DNA of 64,000 nucleotides from Cyclobacteriaceae bacterium. Its GTDB lineage: Bacteria; Bacteroidota; Bacteroidia; Cytophagales; Cyclobacteriaceae. A program made the translations under genes and the position numbers. This document shows positions 43,253 to 53,809 of this stretch, piece after piece. The first letter of the stretch is position 1. Each line of letters starts with the position of its first letter. The stretch spans positions 3,159-67,158 of the forward strand of contig JAOUKH010000001.1 in NCBI GenBank assembly GCA_029882685.1, read 5' to 3'. The notes beneath the pieces were generated by a model. That model made no database searches and was not told the origin of the DNA. It saw only the letters and a program-made list of their open reading frames with translations.

Positions 43253-44314
43253 TTAAAACTTCACTCTATTAAATGACATCGCTTTCATTAACCAATTTGG
43301 AAGAGGCTTGTGTGGGTCTCTATCTTTAAGATTAATACTCCATCCAATTTTTTTAATAAGAGGTACTTTGTGTGTTTCAACAAACTCTATTAAAGTACCA
43401 TCGGCATCCTCTAAATAGCCCCAATGCCCGTTTGCATCTCCCATATCAAAATCAGGATTGCTCAATACTTTAAAAGGAAGACCAGCTTCTTCACATTCCT
43501 TTACTAAAGCATCCATATTTCTAATGTCAAAACACAGATGGATATACCCTAACTCTCCCCAGTATCGATCTGCAAAAATTTTATTTGGTGTTCTGTCTAA
43601 ACTTTGAATTAGTTCAATTTCACTTTTACCAAACAATTTGGCAAATCCGCCAGTTCGGTTGTCATCATGAGTCAGTAAAATTCTTCTAAATTTACCACCT
43701 CCGTTGGCTAAATTTTGCAAGTCATGAAAAGTACCTGTTTCATCATATACTACTTTATGATAACCAAGAATATCAGCATATAATTTCAATGACTTATCAA
43801 TATCGGAAACTCCCAAGAATGCACCATACTGCCCTCCAATATTAACATTTTTGTAGTTAAACCAGCTATCAAATTCTCTGATTTGGATTTGGTTACCATA
43901 GGGATCTTCGATATAAAAGCAGGCTGTTTCACTAGGATCTTTAACGATTTTAGAAATTATATTAACCCCCTTATTTTTTAGAAATTCATAGCTTTTATTA
44001 ATGTCCTTAGACTTTACTTTAGCCATAGTAATTCCTAAATCACCAAGTTGAACAGCATTTACTGGAGGTCTTGAAACATGTTCGGTATGTTGCCATATTT
44101 CGTAACCACTACCTCCACTCATGTTAAGTCCCATAATAGCACGTTTTTTTCTTGGCTTACCACCCATATAGGGAGCCATATGAGTTGCCTCATTGTTGTC
44201 GTCAAATACTTGAACATCTGCTCCTAACACAGTAGCATACCATTTGAATGCCTCTTCTGCATCAGCAACGCCAACTCCTATCTGCTGAATTCCATTGATG
44301 AGTTTACCTTCCAT
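43253..44314 (-). CDS. VOC (glyoxalase/bleomycin-resistance/dioxygenase) family protein, multi-domain
   Basis: Repeated VOC modules (IQQIGVGVADAEEAFKWY, GAFLGVSDIDKSLKLY, HLCFDIRNMD). Confidence 0.75.
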   Translation of the reverse strand: MEGKLINGIQQIGVGVADAEEAFKWYATVLGADVQVFDDNNEATHMAPYMGGKPRKKRAIMGLNMSGGSGYEIWQHTEHVSRPPVNAVQLGDLGITMAKVKSKDINKSYEFLKNKGVNIISKIVKDPSETACFYIEDPYGNQIQIREFDSWFNYKNVNIGGQYGAFLGVSDIDKSLKLYADILGYHKVVYDETGTFHDLQNLANGGGKFRRILLTHDDNRTGGFAKLFGKSEIELIQSLDRTPNKIFADRYWGELGYIHLCFDIRNMDALVKECEEAGLPFKVLSNPDFDMGDANGHWGYLEDADGTLIEFVETHKVPLIKKIGWSINLKDRDPHKPLPNWLMKAMSFNRVKF

Positions 44315-44352
44315 TAATTATGATTATTTTGTGCAGTGATTCTATTAAATCG

Positions 44353-44386
44353 AAAATAGGTGAAAAATATATTTTTCACCTATTTT
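44353..44386. terminator. Perfect 34-bp palindrome (probable terminator of the NIPSNAP gene, or an operator)
   Basis: aaaataggtgaaaaatat overlaps its exact reverse complement atatttttcacctatttt, centred at 44369/44370. As a hairpin this is a 15-bp stem with a 4-nt loop. It lies between two minus-strand genes. Confidence 0.4.
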
Positions 44387-44412
44387 TTACTTTAAAAATT
44401 GGCAATGATTTA

Positions 44413-45183
44413 TTAATAATCTGAATAATCCGTTGGGTATAATAAAAATTTATCAAGCTTATTCATATTGTTTTGATAGATTGGTTTCACTTTCATTTCT
44501 CCCCACTCAGGAGACTCTCCAAATGTCTTCCAATGGGAATCTCTACTAGCCATGTCAGAAAAACTAGTCATATATATTAGGTTTGGCATGTTAGCTCCTG
44601 AGATTACCTCAGAATAGAATACAGCGTTAAAACCTAACTTATCAAATAGATCAATTTCGCCTCCAATATTAAACATGTGTACCTTATTATGAAAAAGTTT
44701 TTCAGTACCAGATTCATAGCTTCTTAATTCATAAACACGATCTTTTTTAGCACTTTCAAAAGTTGGAACCTGATGCTTTAGCATACCTTCAAAAGCTTTC
44801 ATCAGTGTAGATTTGATTCGTAAATAGGGTAAGTTATCATGTGTCGCATTTATGTAATCGCTACCAGCTTTTTGGTATTTTTTGTCATTGTCCAGTTTAG
44901 CTTCTAAACCAACAAATTGGTCTAAAGAAGAATATGGAATTAATACATAGATGCTTTTTAGAGTATCTGATTCGTTTTTAATAGGTTTGAAAACTCCTAT
45001 ATCATTAATGCCAGCTTTATGAAGGGCAGGTAAATAAGCTTTTTCAAGATATTCATCAACAACTTTTTCCTGTTGCTCTGTTTTGAGTATATAATGTTTT
45101 AGTTGATAATATTCTCTTTGTCCCTGCCCAAATGATGCTGAAATGATGAATAATAAAGCGAATAAGTTAAATAGCGTTTTCAT
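44413..45183 (-). CDS. NIPSNAP family protein with signal peptide
   Basis: Signal peptide MKTLFNLFALLFIISASFGQ. Two dimeric-alpha-beta-barrel-like halves with YELRSYE, as I recall for NIPSNAP. Confidence 0.6.
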   Translation of the reverse strand: MKTLFNLFALLFIISASFGQGQREYYQLKHYILKTEQQEKVVDEYLEKAYLPALHKAGINDIGVFKPIKNESDTLKSIYVLIPYSSLDQFVGLEAKLDNDKKYQKAGSDYINATHDNLPYLRIKSTLMKAFEGMLKHQVPTFESAKKDRVYELRSYESGTEKLFHNKVHMFNIGGEIDLFDKLGFNAVFYSEVISGANMPNLIYMTSFSDMASRDSHWKTFGESPEWGEMKVKPIYQNNMNKLDKFLLYPTDYSDY

Positions 45184-45280
45184 GTATGTTATTATTTAAT
45201 GGTTATAATTATAATCAGGGTATAGTTTATACTATGATTTTTTGTTAAATATTGTATTTAAAATGATTAATTTACTTTAT

Positions 45281-46264
45281 CTATTTTCGGGTTAAATAAC
45301 CGACTAAACCACTGCCGAGGAATATAAAAATTATCCCCACAAGGCTACCTACACCTAAAAAAGGAGAAAATGTTAAGCCATGTCCTACAGTACAACCAGC
45401 AGCAAAACTTCCAGATATACCTAATCCTAACCCACCTAAAAGACGTTTACCTATTATACTTGTTTTTGGCATGGTAAATCGTTTTTCATTATTGTTGCGA
45501 GTACTCCAAAAGGCTCCTAATGGAATACCGATTACAAAGAGTAAACCCCAAGAATATTTTAAATCGACTATATCGATAACTCCAGGTATAATAGCCATAC
45601 CAAAAGGAGTATTAGAAAAAATGGCAGAAATCCAACCTGCTATGCCTAATATACCTATATAGATTCCTGTTTTCTTCCAACCCCATATAGCACCACTAGG
45701 TTTTTCATCACTATTTTTATTAAGTAGGTATAAAGCTATTCCTGATGCCAATGCAATGATAGTAGCAATAATTATTGGAGAAGTTCCTTTCCAAATAGGT
45801 TGCTGATTAAACAAAACAATACTTTGACTTGCTTCTCTTACTCCCTGTAGCACTCCCTTTTCAGTAAGGTAAACTCCAGTAATAAAACCTATTGCAGCCA
45901 AAATTGCACCTGAATTTTTTTCACCAATTTTAAAGAAAATTCCTGCTCCGCAACCAGCAGTGTAATACATGAAAACTCCAAATAAAAAACCTCCTATAGC
46001 AGTACCTATCAAAAATAAAGGAGGTAAACCAATATTACTTACTAGGTAACTGGTTGAATCAGAAAAATAAAAAGCAGTAAAAACTAAAGGCAACACTAGC
46101 AATTGGATAAGAATTGCGACCACAAAACTTTTTAGTTTAGTAGTATCTTTTTGACGAATCACATTAGAGAAACCAGAGTTCATACAGAACTGTCCTTTAA
46201 CAGAAACAGACCCATAAAAAAATCCTATTATTAATGCAGTAAAGGTTATGATAAAACTGTACAT
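45281..46264 (-). CDS. YeeE/YedE family membrane protein (sulfur-compound transport)
   Basis: Polytopic, with conserved Cys motifs GQFCMNSGF, TAGCGAG and AAGCTVGHG in a pseudo-repeat arrangement. Confidence 0.75.
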   Translation of the reverse strand: MYSFIITFTALIIGFFYGSVSVKGQFCMNSGFSNVIRQKDTTKLKSFVVAILIQLLVLPLVFTAFYFSDSTSYLVSNIGLPPLFLIGTAIGGFLFGVFMYYTAGCGAGIFFKIGEKNSGAILAAIGFITGVYLTEKGVLQGVREASQSIVLFNQQPIWKGTSPIIIATIIALASGIALYLLNKNSDEKPSGAIWGWKKTGIYIGILGIAGWISAIFSNTPFGMAIIPGVIDIVDLKYSWGLLFVIGIPLGAFWSTRNNNEKRFTMPKTSIIGKRLLGGLGLGISGSFAAGCTVGHGLTFSPFLGVGSLVGIIFIFLGSGLVGYLTRK

Positions 46265-46383
46265 TTTTTGTTTATACTTGTTGCCATATGAAAATTCAAA
46301 AGTAAATACTTGATGGCGAACTAGCTATATAACTGTCATTTTTTCTTTTTGAACTTTTTAAGCAATAATGCCATATCATAAGG

Positions 46384-47577
46384 CTACTTCACTTCTATAG
46401 CATACTCTTCATCAAAAACAGTAATAAAGAGGGGGTAGTTGTCTTTTAGATTATTATAATCTGCAGATTCTTTATTTAACCTATGTTTTGTTATTTTCAC
46501 CAATAACGTTAGCGACCCCTTTTTTATAGCTTGATAAGAAAAAGTAAATAATCTTTCTTCATTAGGGGTAAGGTTATTGTCTGCTAATTTTTTTGCTTCA
46601 GGATACCATTCCCAATGTTCTCCAATTCTACTTGTCTTTGTAGATAGTATTGTCCCATTATTATTTTTAAGCTGAAACGAAATGTTGAAAAATCTTTCAG
46701 GATCTCCAGTGGGGACATTATGTCCTGCAAATTCATTTTTAATCTTGACGGTAAAAATAATGCTATCCATTTTGGAATAGATGCTTTTTAGTGCGGATGG
46801 ATAAATCCCTAACCCATTCATAATTTTGGTTTCTACAGTATCAAATTTGGGGATCCCTGAACCTGCAAAATAATGGAGACGACTTGACCTTTCTCCATAA
46901 CCAGATACAATTTCACGGTTTATTGATTCCATATGACAGCTGATACAATTCTTTTTTTCAAAATATGGTCCTGATTTCCATTCATCTCCAGTTTCAAAAG
47001 AACAAGCTAGGGTAGGAGTAATAACTGCCACAGCATTATGGCAGGAGATACATAATTGTTCTGAAAGGAATGCTGAATTTTTTATTGTAGCATGAGGTGC
47101 TTTTTTAGTCCCTGTTGGCCCTATAATTGTATTGTTCCTCACATGGCAACTAGCACAGTTAATTCCTTCTTGCTGAAGTTCTTTATCAAAATTAGGATTT
47201 ATCTTTTTAACTGGCTTGTAAATATCTCCATCAATTAGTCCTTCAATTATATGTTCTTGTTGGTTTTGTAAGGGGATATGGCAATTTATGCACATAAAAG
47301 GACTTGACTCTTTTTTTAATTCTGCTTGAAATTGTAAATCTGTCCAAGCATGCGCATGTGTTGATAATTTCCATTCATTGTAATGCTGTTGGTGGCATAC
47401 GCCACATTGCTTGGCACTTAATGAAGACAAACCCTGGGGTATTTCTTGATTGGGTATTGCTTTTTCCCAACTATTGGTTAATGGAAGTATGTTTTCTTCT
47501 GAAATATTATTATAAATGACGTATAGTAATGCTAATACAAAAATGATAATCGATAATATTAAAAACTTATTTCTCAT
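46384..47577 (-). CDS. Multihaem (5 x CxxCH) c-type cytochrome, membrane-anchored
   Basis: N-terminal TM, then CGVCH, CINCH, CASCH, CISCH, CISCH. Confidence 0.85.
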   Translation of the reverse strand: MRNKFLILSIIIFVLALLYVIYNNISEENILPLTNSWEKAIPNQEIPQGLSSLSAKQCGVCHQQHYNEWKLSTHAHAWTDLQFQAELKKESSPFMCINCHIPLQNQQEHIIEGLIDGDIYKPVKKINPNFDKELQQEGINCASCHVRNNTIIGPTGTKKAPHATIKNSAFLSEQLCISCHNAVAVITPTLACSFETGDEWKSGPYFEKKNCISCHMESINREIVSGYGERSSRLHYFAGSGIPKFDTVETKIMNGLGIYPSALKSIYSKMDSIIFTVKIKNEFAGHNVPTGDPERFFNISFQLKNNNGTILSTKTSRIGEHWEWYPEAKKLADNNLTPNEERLFTFSYQAIKKGSLTLLVKITKHRLNKESADYNNLKDNYPLFITVFDEEYAIEVK

Positions 47578-47670
47578 ATTTTTTCACATGAGGTTTAATC
47601 ATTAGAACATGTGTTTCTAGTGTGCCTTAAGATGCATTAGTAACAGTAATATGATGTGTTATTTCTGATG

Positions 47671-49275
47671 TCACTTAGATTCACTTGGTTGATATGACAC
47701 ATTTAATCGCTGTATTTTTGGGTTTTTCTCTGGAGTTAGTGTGAAAAAGATATTGATAACTCCATTCTGGGTTAATAATTTAAAACTTCCTCGCAGTTGA
47801 TTAAGTGGTTTTATCTGTTCCATACTTTGAATTTCACCAGCTTGATTTAATACTTCCTGTATTTCCTCCATTCTATGTTTCTTAGACTTGTCTAAGTAGA
47901 AGTTTTCAGCCAATATTTTAGACTCCAATTCTGTGTCCCAATGCTGAATCAATTGAGTTACCTGCTCTTGTCGTTCAACTAAAATATCTGAAGCTGGAAG
48001 TTGGCGTGGTTGTAGTTCTGCGGTTTCGAAAAGTAATTGTTTAATTTCCTTTAGAGGCCATGGGCTAGTGTATGTTAAGTTACCAAAAGCCATAAGACCA
48101 ACTCCGTATTCAGGAAAAAAGACATAATTGCTACCAAATCCTGGTAGTGCTCCACCATGTGCAACTTCTGTATATCCTTCGCAATATCGTGTGATGCGCA
48201 AACCATATCCATATCCTAACATACTGGGGCATGGTTCACCAATTAGATTTGTACTGTTAGTGTACAATCTTGGAAATTGGGGAGTATGCATTTCCCGAAG
48301 AGTACTTCGTTTAACAGGTCCATTATCTTCATCACTTCTGGGAGGCCATGCTGATAGGTGTAAGCTTACATAAGTACTAAAATCTTCGATAGTAGTGATC
48401 AACCCTCCCATAGCTCCAAAAGCACCATCGTGGAGCATGGGTTCTTTCTTCCATTGTTCATCTTCCCAACGATAACCCAGAGCTAATTGATCTTTGGCAA
48501 TATTGTCAAATTCCCAGTATGTATGTTCCATGCCTAAAGGATGAAGGATATTCTTCTTAATATATTCCTGATATGGTATGCCAGAAATACGAGAAATAAT
48601 ATTGCCTAGTAGGGCATAGCCAGTATTACTGTATTCATATTTATAAGAGGGAACATTGGAAAAAGATACATCTTGTGCCATTAAGTCTAAAAGCATTTCA
48701 TCTGTTTCATCTAGCTGGCGATCTCCCCATGGATTATCTTCAGGAAACCCTGCTGTCATGGTGAGGAGACATTCTATGTCAATGATGGGAGCATCGCTAG
48801 TGAGGTATGTTAGACTGTCCATTTCAGGGATGTATTTAGAAACAGCATCTTGAAGAGAAAGTTTTCCCTCATCGCGTAATTTCATAATGGCCATAGCAGT
48901 AAAACTCTTGGACATAGAAGCAATACGAAAAGCAGATGATGTAGTGGCTGGAAGCTCGCTGTCGAGGTTTATCACTCCTGTGGAGGAAGCTACAACCAAG
49001 TTGTCATCAACAACTACACCATAGGCAATACCAGGTATATTTTTATCCTTGGCATGTTTTTCAATCAATTCCTGTATTGTAGGTGCTATTTCTTTGATTT
49101 TTTCTATTCGATTGTCATTCGTAAAAACTGGTGGTTTGTAGGAATTTGAAATCAAATGAGAGGTGGAAGTACTTTCTTCTTTTTGTTCCGCAGGTTGTTG
49201 CGAATCACAAGAGATTAAGATCGTAACAATGCTGAAATAAATGAGGCGACTGTTTATGATTTTCATTGCTTGCAA
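47671..49275 (-). CDS. Serine hydrolase (beta-lactamase/class C fold) lipoprotein
   Basis: Lipobox ILISC, SxxK ASMSKSF, YxN YSNTGY, and a C-terminal extension. Confidence 0.85.
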   Translation of the reverse strand: MQAMKIINSRLIYFSIVTILISCDSQQPAEQKEESTSTSHLISNSYKPPVFTNDNRIEKIKEIAPTIQELIEKHAKDKNIPGIAYGVVVDDNLVVASSTGVINLDSELPATTSSAFRIASMSKSFTAMAIMKLRDEGKLSLQDAVSKYIPEMDSLTYLTSDAPIIDIECLLTMTAGFPEDNPWGDRQLDETDEMLLDLMAQDVSFSNVPSYKYEYSNTGYALLGNIISRISGIPYQEYIKKNILHPLGMEHTYWEFDNIAKDQLALGYRWEDEQWKKEPMLHDGAFGAMGGLITTIEDFSTYVSLHLSAWPPRSDEDNGPVKRSTLREMHTPQFPRLYTNSTNLIGEPCPSMLGYGYGLRITRYCEGYTEVAHGGALPGFGSNYVFFPEYGVGLMAFGNLTYTSPWPLKEIKQLLFETAELQPRQLPASDILVERQEQVTQLIQHWDTELESKILAENFYLDKSKKHRMEEIQEVLNQAGEIQSMEQIKPLNQLRGSFKLLTQNGVINIFFTLTPEKNPKIQRLNVSYQPSESK

Positions 49276-49418
49276 TTTTTATTTTAGTATAACGTTTTTT
49301 ATATGGTGAGATTTATTATTTACCATGGATGAAAGTAATCCTTTTAAAATTTCTAGCCAAACTCTGCCAAAAGAAGATGTTGTAATAACAACTCAATAAG
49401 TTTTATTGTAAATAACTT

Positions 49419-50558
49419 CTATTTGAATTGATTTAACTTGAAAACCCTCATAACATTCCCCACACACTGCTTTATTAGATTATCAGCCCCTGAAATCGAG
49501 TCTTCTAAATTCATTGGTTGATTTGTAACTGAAAAAACAGCGGTAATTCCTTTTTTATAAATTTCATCGATGTCATCATCAATTTTACCTGCAATAGCCA
49601 CAACAGGAACATTATGCTTACTGGCTATTTTAGCTACTCCCATTATTGTTTTTCCATAAAGTGTTTGACTATCTATTTTTCCTTCACCTGTAATAACCAA
49701 ATCCGAATTTTGTATTTGTTTTTCTAAATGTAGATAATCGATAATAAGGTCAATCCCACTCCTCATTTTTGCTCCTAAAATGGAAAACAAAGCTGCTCCC
49801 AATCCTCCTGCTGCCCCAGCCCCTTTAATCGAATTTACATCAATCCCCAGATGAGAATTTAGGATGGTAGCATAATGCAATAAATTACTGTCAAGTCGCT
49901 TCAAATCCTCTGTAGCTCCTCCTTTCTGAGTGCCAAAAACTAATGAAGCACCATTTTCACCAGTTAGTGGATTAGAAACATCACATGCTGCTATAAACTT
50001 ACATTCACCTATTTTGGGGTTTAAGTCTGAAAGATCAATACGATGTAACTCACTAATAGCACCTCCTCCTTCACCGATTTCTTCATTATTAACATCAAGA
50101 AAATTGCCTCCAAGTGCCTTAATCATGCCAACACCTCCATCGTTTGTAGCACTTCCACCTAATCCGATAATTATTTTGGAACAACCACGATTTAGAGCAT
50201 CAAGAATTAATTGGCCAACACCAAACGATGAAGTAACAAGGGGATTTTTTTCTTCTTCTGAAAGTAACTCTAAGCCCGATGCAGTAGCCATTTCTACGAT
50301 TGCGGTAGTACCATCATCCGAAATGCCGTACTCGGCTTTTATTGTGCGAAGTAATGGATCTTTAACATCTAAAGAAATTAATTTTCCCTGCATTGGTTGT
50401 ACCAACGCATCTAACAACCCTTCTCCTCCGTCTGACAGAGGGATTTGAACAATGTCAGCATTAGGTAAAGCTATTTTAACCCCTTTTGCAATAGATTTCG
50501 CTACTTCTTTGGCAGTTAAACATTCTTTAAACGAGTCTGGTGCAATTAAAATATTCAT
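49419..50558 (-). CDS. glxK: Glycerate kinase
   Basis: N-terminal ILIAPDSFKECLTA. Glycine-rich motifs GLGGSATNDGGVGM and GAGAAGG. Confidence 0.9.
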   Translation of the reverse strand: MNILIAPDSFKECLTAKEVAKSIAKGVKIALPNADIVQIPLSDGGEGLLDALVQPMQGKLISLDVKDPLLRTIKAEYGISDDGTTAIVEMATASGLELLSEEEKNPLVTSSFGVGQLILDALNRGCSKIIIGLGGSATNDGGVGMIKALGGNFLDVNNEEIGEGGGAISELHRIDLSDLNPKIGECKFIAACDVSNPLTGENGASLVFGTQKGGATEDLKRLDSNLLHYATILNSHLGIDVNSIKGAGAAGGLGAALFSILGAKMRSGIDLIIDYLHLEKQIQNSDLVITGEGKIDSQTLYGKTIMGVAKIASKHNVPVVAIAGKIDDDIDEIYKKGITAVFSVTNQPMNLEDSISGADNLIKQCVGNVMRVFKLNQFK

Positions 50559-50582
50559 AGACTGAGTTATTTCACGATAAAA

Positions 50583-51923
50583 CTAGTTGATCAATAATTG
50601 TATTATCGATAGCATAGAAATTGCTGAGACACCTTGTAATAATGTTGCCATGGTATGGCTTTTTAAGGTTGTTTTAGTGTCCAATCCCGAAAACTGAGAC
50701 ACTACCCAAAAATAACTATCATTAATATGAGAAACAGTCATAGCACCCGCACCAATGGCAAGCACTGTTAAAGCACGAGAAAATTCACCATGTAAACCCA
50801 AAGAACTCATAAGTGGAGCAATAATAGTAGCGGATGTAATAATGGCTACAGTAGATGATCCCTGAGCAGTTTTCAATATGGCAGCTAATAGAAAAGGTAA
50901 TAATATTCCTATTTGTAAACCTGATAAATCTGATTCTAAAATTTGACCAATATCACCTGCTTTCAATACATTTCCAAAAGCCCCTCCTGCACCTGTAATT
51001 AGAATAATAACCCCAGCTTCTTTCAATGCATTGGATACCCATCCTAAACGAGTGTCCATATTGATTTTTTTTTCAATCAATTTAGAAGAAAACAAAACGC
51101 CAATAAAGAGAGCGACTAGTGGGTTTCCTATAAAATGGAGAATGTTGTATAACATGCCTTCCCCAAATATATGAGAGGGGTAGTTTGCTAAAGATCGAAG
51201 TGCAATAAGTATAATCGGAACTATAATAGGTGAAAAAACAAGTAGAATGTTTTTTTTGCTTTCATCAGGCAACTTGTCAATATGAGTATTGTCTTCTGTA
51301 CTTTTAACCCCTTCCATTTTCAAATTAGCACCTGATTTTTTTGCCCATAAATAACCAACAAAGGCTACTGGAATTGACAAGGCAATTCCAAAAAGTATTA
51401 CTAATCCTAAATCTGCTTTTAATATTGATGCTGCCGCCAATGGCCCTGGGGTTGGAGGAATAAAAACATGTGCAACATATAAACCAGTAGAAAGTGCTAC
51501 AGCATATACCACTAGTGGAATTCCAGTTTTTTTACTCAGTGCTTTATTCAAAGAAGAAAGAATTACAAAACCAGAATCGCAGTATACTGGGATAGAAACT
51601 AACACTCCAGTTAGGTTTATGGCCCATGGTGAACGTTTCTCTCCTATTAGCTTTAAAATAGACTTTGCCATGGCACTAGTTCCACCAGATTTTTCTAAAA
51701 AAGCTCCTACTATAGATCCAAAGCCAATTATTATTCCAATGCTAGAAAGTGTATTTCCAAAACCCTCATTTATTTTATTGATCATTTCATTACCATCGAG
51801 ACCAATAAAAAAACCTATTAGTACTGAAGAAAGAAGCAATGCGATAAATGGATGTACTTTAAATTTTGAAATCGCTATTACTATGAAAACGACAACTAAT
51901 AATAGTATGATTAGGATGTTCAT
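50583..51923 (-). CDS. GntP family permease
   Basis: 446-aa polytopic protein with GntP-like organisation, immediately upstream of glycerate kinase. Confidence 0.85.
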   Translation of the reverse strand: MNILIILLLVVVFIVIAISKFKVHPFIALLLSSVLIGFFIGLDGNEMINKINEGFGNTLSSIGIIIGFGSIVGAFLEKSGGTSAMAKSILKLIGEKRSPWAINLTGVLVSIPVYCDSGFVILSSLNKALSKKTGIPLVVYAVALSTGLYVAHVFIPPTPGPLAAASILKADLGLVILFGIALSIPVAFVGYLWAKKSGANLKMEGVKSTEDNTHIDKLPDESKKNILLVFSPIIVPIILIALRSLANYPSHIFGEGMLYNILHFIGNPLVALFIGVLFSSKLIEKKINMDTRLGWVSNALKEAGVIILITGAGGAFGNVLKAGDIGQILESDLSGLQIGILLPFLLAAILKTAQGSSTVAIITSATIIAPLMSSLGLHGEFSRALTVLAIGAGAMTVSHINDSYFWVVSQFSGLDTKTTLKSHTMATLLQGVSAISMLSIIQLLIN

Positions 51924-52132
51924 GAATGAAGAGTTTGGCTCTAAGTATACAAATTTTTGTCGATCTGTAGAAATCGCTTAACCAATATTTCTGGTAGAAT
52001 ATAAATCACTTTTTGTTACTTCTGTGTAGAGTCTTTTCAGGGGATGAAAAGTAATAGAAAACTTTGAGGTGAGTGTTACTGCAACAAATAGCACATCTTA
52101 TAGAAGTGAAGTATATTGAAATATATAGAAAA

Positions 52133-52169
52133 TTTAAGTGAGTATCCTATCTCAGGATACTCACTTAAA
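52133..52169 (-). terminator. Rho-independent terminator of the cyclophilin gene
   Basis: Perfect 16-bp stem tttaagtgagtatcct / aggatactcacttaaa with a 5-nt loop. It is followed on the minus strand by ttttctatatattt. Confidence 0.85.
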
Positions 52170-52191
52170 TCATATTTAGAAGCTTTGTGAA

Positions 52192-52638
52192 TTAAGATTC
52201 TTCAGTAATTTTTATGCTGTTTATTTTGTCTCCTTGTCGGATTTCATCAATAACATCAACTCCTTCAACTACTTTACCGAAACAGGTATGATTTCTATCC
52301 AAATGCTGGGTGTTTTCACGACCATGGCAAATGAAAAATTGACTTCCACCAGTATTTCTACCTGCATGAGCCATTGAAAGCACACCTTTATCATGATATT
52401 GGTTCTCACCATCTAGTTCACAGTCTATAGAGTATCCAGGACCACCTGCTCCTGTTCCTTCTGGGCATCCACCTTGAATCACAAAGTTTGGAATTACACG
52501 ATGAAAATTTAAACCGTCATAGTATCCTTCTTTAGAAAGTTTCACAAAATTGTCAACGGTGTTTGGAGCATCCTTTTCATAAAATTCAACTACCATAGTT
52601 CCTTTGTCAGTATTAATTGCTGCTTTTTTCATTCTCAA
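52192..52638 (-). CDS. Peptidyl-prolyl cis-trans isomerase (cyclophilin type)
   Basis: FHRVIPNFVIQGG and GGSQFFI motifs. Confidence 0.95.
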   Translation of the reverse strand: MRMKKAAINTDKGTMVVEFYEKDAPNTVDNFVKLSKEGYYDGLNFHRVIPNFVIQGGCPEGTGAGGPGYSIDCELDGENQYHDKGVLSMAHAGRNTGGSQFFICHGRENTQHLDRNHTCFGKVVEGVDVIDEIRQGDKINSIKITEES

Positions 52639-52679
52639 GTTTTTTAATTTTTATTAATACAAAAATATTAATTTCTTAG

Positions 52680-53759
52680 TTAGAAATCTAGAGTTAGCTG
52701 CATATCGTTTTTACTGCTTTTCTGTTTGTGATTGAGATTGGAGATCGAAATACCCAGTAGCCTAATTTTTACGGAATCAAAATTTATCTCATTTATTATC
52801 TCATCTTTAATAGAAATAATGTCGGTTAAGTATTTGATGTCATAGTTAACCGTTTTACTTCTTGTTACTTGTTGAAAGTCAGCATATTTTATTTTTATAG
52901 TGAGCGTCCTCCCTGAAGAATCACTTTTCTCCATTCTCTTGTGCAATACTTCAGCAATTCTCATCAATTGTCCATCGATTTCTATTATGTCGGTTAAGTC
53001 ATTATTAAATGTATTCTCTGCTCCTATAGATTTTCTAATTCGATCGGGATTAACTGGTCGGTTATCATCACCTCTAACAATATGGTAGTAGTGTCTTCCC
53101 GATTTTCCAAAATGTCTAACTAAATCTTTTTCACTCCATTGTTTTAAATCATAACCATTTGTTATTCCCATCGAAAACATTTTGGTAGCAGTTACTTTTC
53201 CAACACCAAAAAACTTTTCGATGGGTAGTTCCTCTAAAAATTGAATTACATTTTCAGGGGGAATGAGTGTAATACCATCAGGTTTATGAATATCAGAAGC
53301 AGATTTGGCAAGGAATTTATTAATTGAAATGCCTGCGGATGCAGTAAGATGAGTAGTTTTAAGTATTCGTTTTTTTATTTCTTTAGCAATGAGTGTGGCT
53401 GAGGGAATTCCTTTTTTATTGGTAGTAACATCTAAGAAGGCTTCATCTAGTGATAAAGGCTCTACTAAATCGGTGTAATCAAGAAAAATAGATCTTATCT
53501 GTTCTGATACTTGTTTGTAAGCTTCAAATCTAGGACGGACAAAAACAAGGTTAGGACATTTTCTGGAAGCAGTAATAGATGGCATAGCAGAGTAAACGCC
53601 ATATTTACGAGCCTCATAACTAGCAGCAGCTACTACGCCTCTTTCCCTGCTTCCTCCAACAGCTACAGGCTTTCCTTTTAACTCAGGATTATCACGCTGC
53701 TCAACTGATGCGAAGAAAGCATCCATGTCTATATGCAGAATTTTGCGATTGCTATCCAC
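52680..53759 (-). CDS. dinB: DNA polymerase IV
   Basis: ILHIDMDAFFASVEQRDNP and SLDEAFLDVT Y-family motifs. Confidence 0.95.
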   Translation of the reverse strand: MDSNRKILHIDMDAFFASVEQRDNPELKGKPVAVGGSRERGVVAAASYEARKYGVYSAMPSITASRKCPNLVFVRPRFEAYKQVSEQIRSIFLDYTDLVEPLSLDEAFLDVTTNKKGIPSATLIAKEIKKRILKTTHLTASAGISINKFLAKSASDIHKPDGITLIPPENVIQFLEELPIEKFFGVGKVTATKMFSMGITNGYDLKQWSEKDLVRHFGKSGRHYYHIVRGDDNRPVNPDRIRKSIGAENTFNNDLTDIIEIDGQLMRIAEVLHKRMEKSDSSGRTLTIKIKYADFQQVTRSKTVNYDIKYLTDIISIKDEIINEINFDSVKIRLLGISISNLNHKQKSSKNDMQLTLDF

Positions 53760-53809
53760 TTGTTTTTAAATTTCTTGTTGTAAATGGAATTTATACAATA
53801 CTTTGCATT

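Noticed and set aside
49930-50448. 172-aa plus-strand ORF, and similar antisense ORFs at 734-1039, 22295-22654, 51619-51981, 58445-58768 and 61679-61951
   Set aside because: All lie fully inside strongly supported genes on the opposite strand and have low-complexity, Ser/Pro/Ile-rich translations. They are shadow ORFs.
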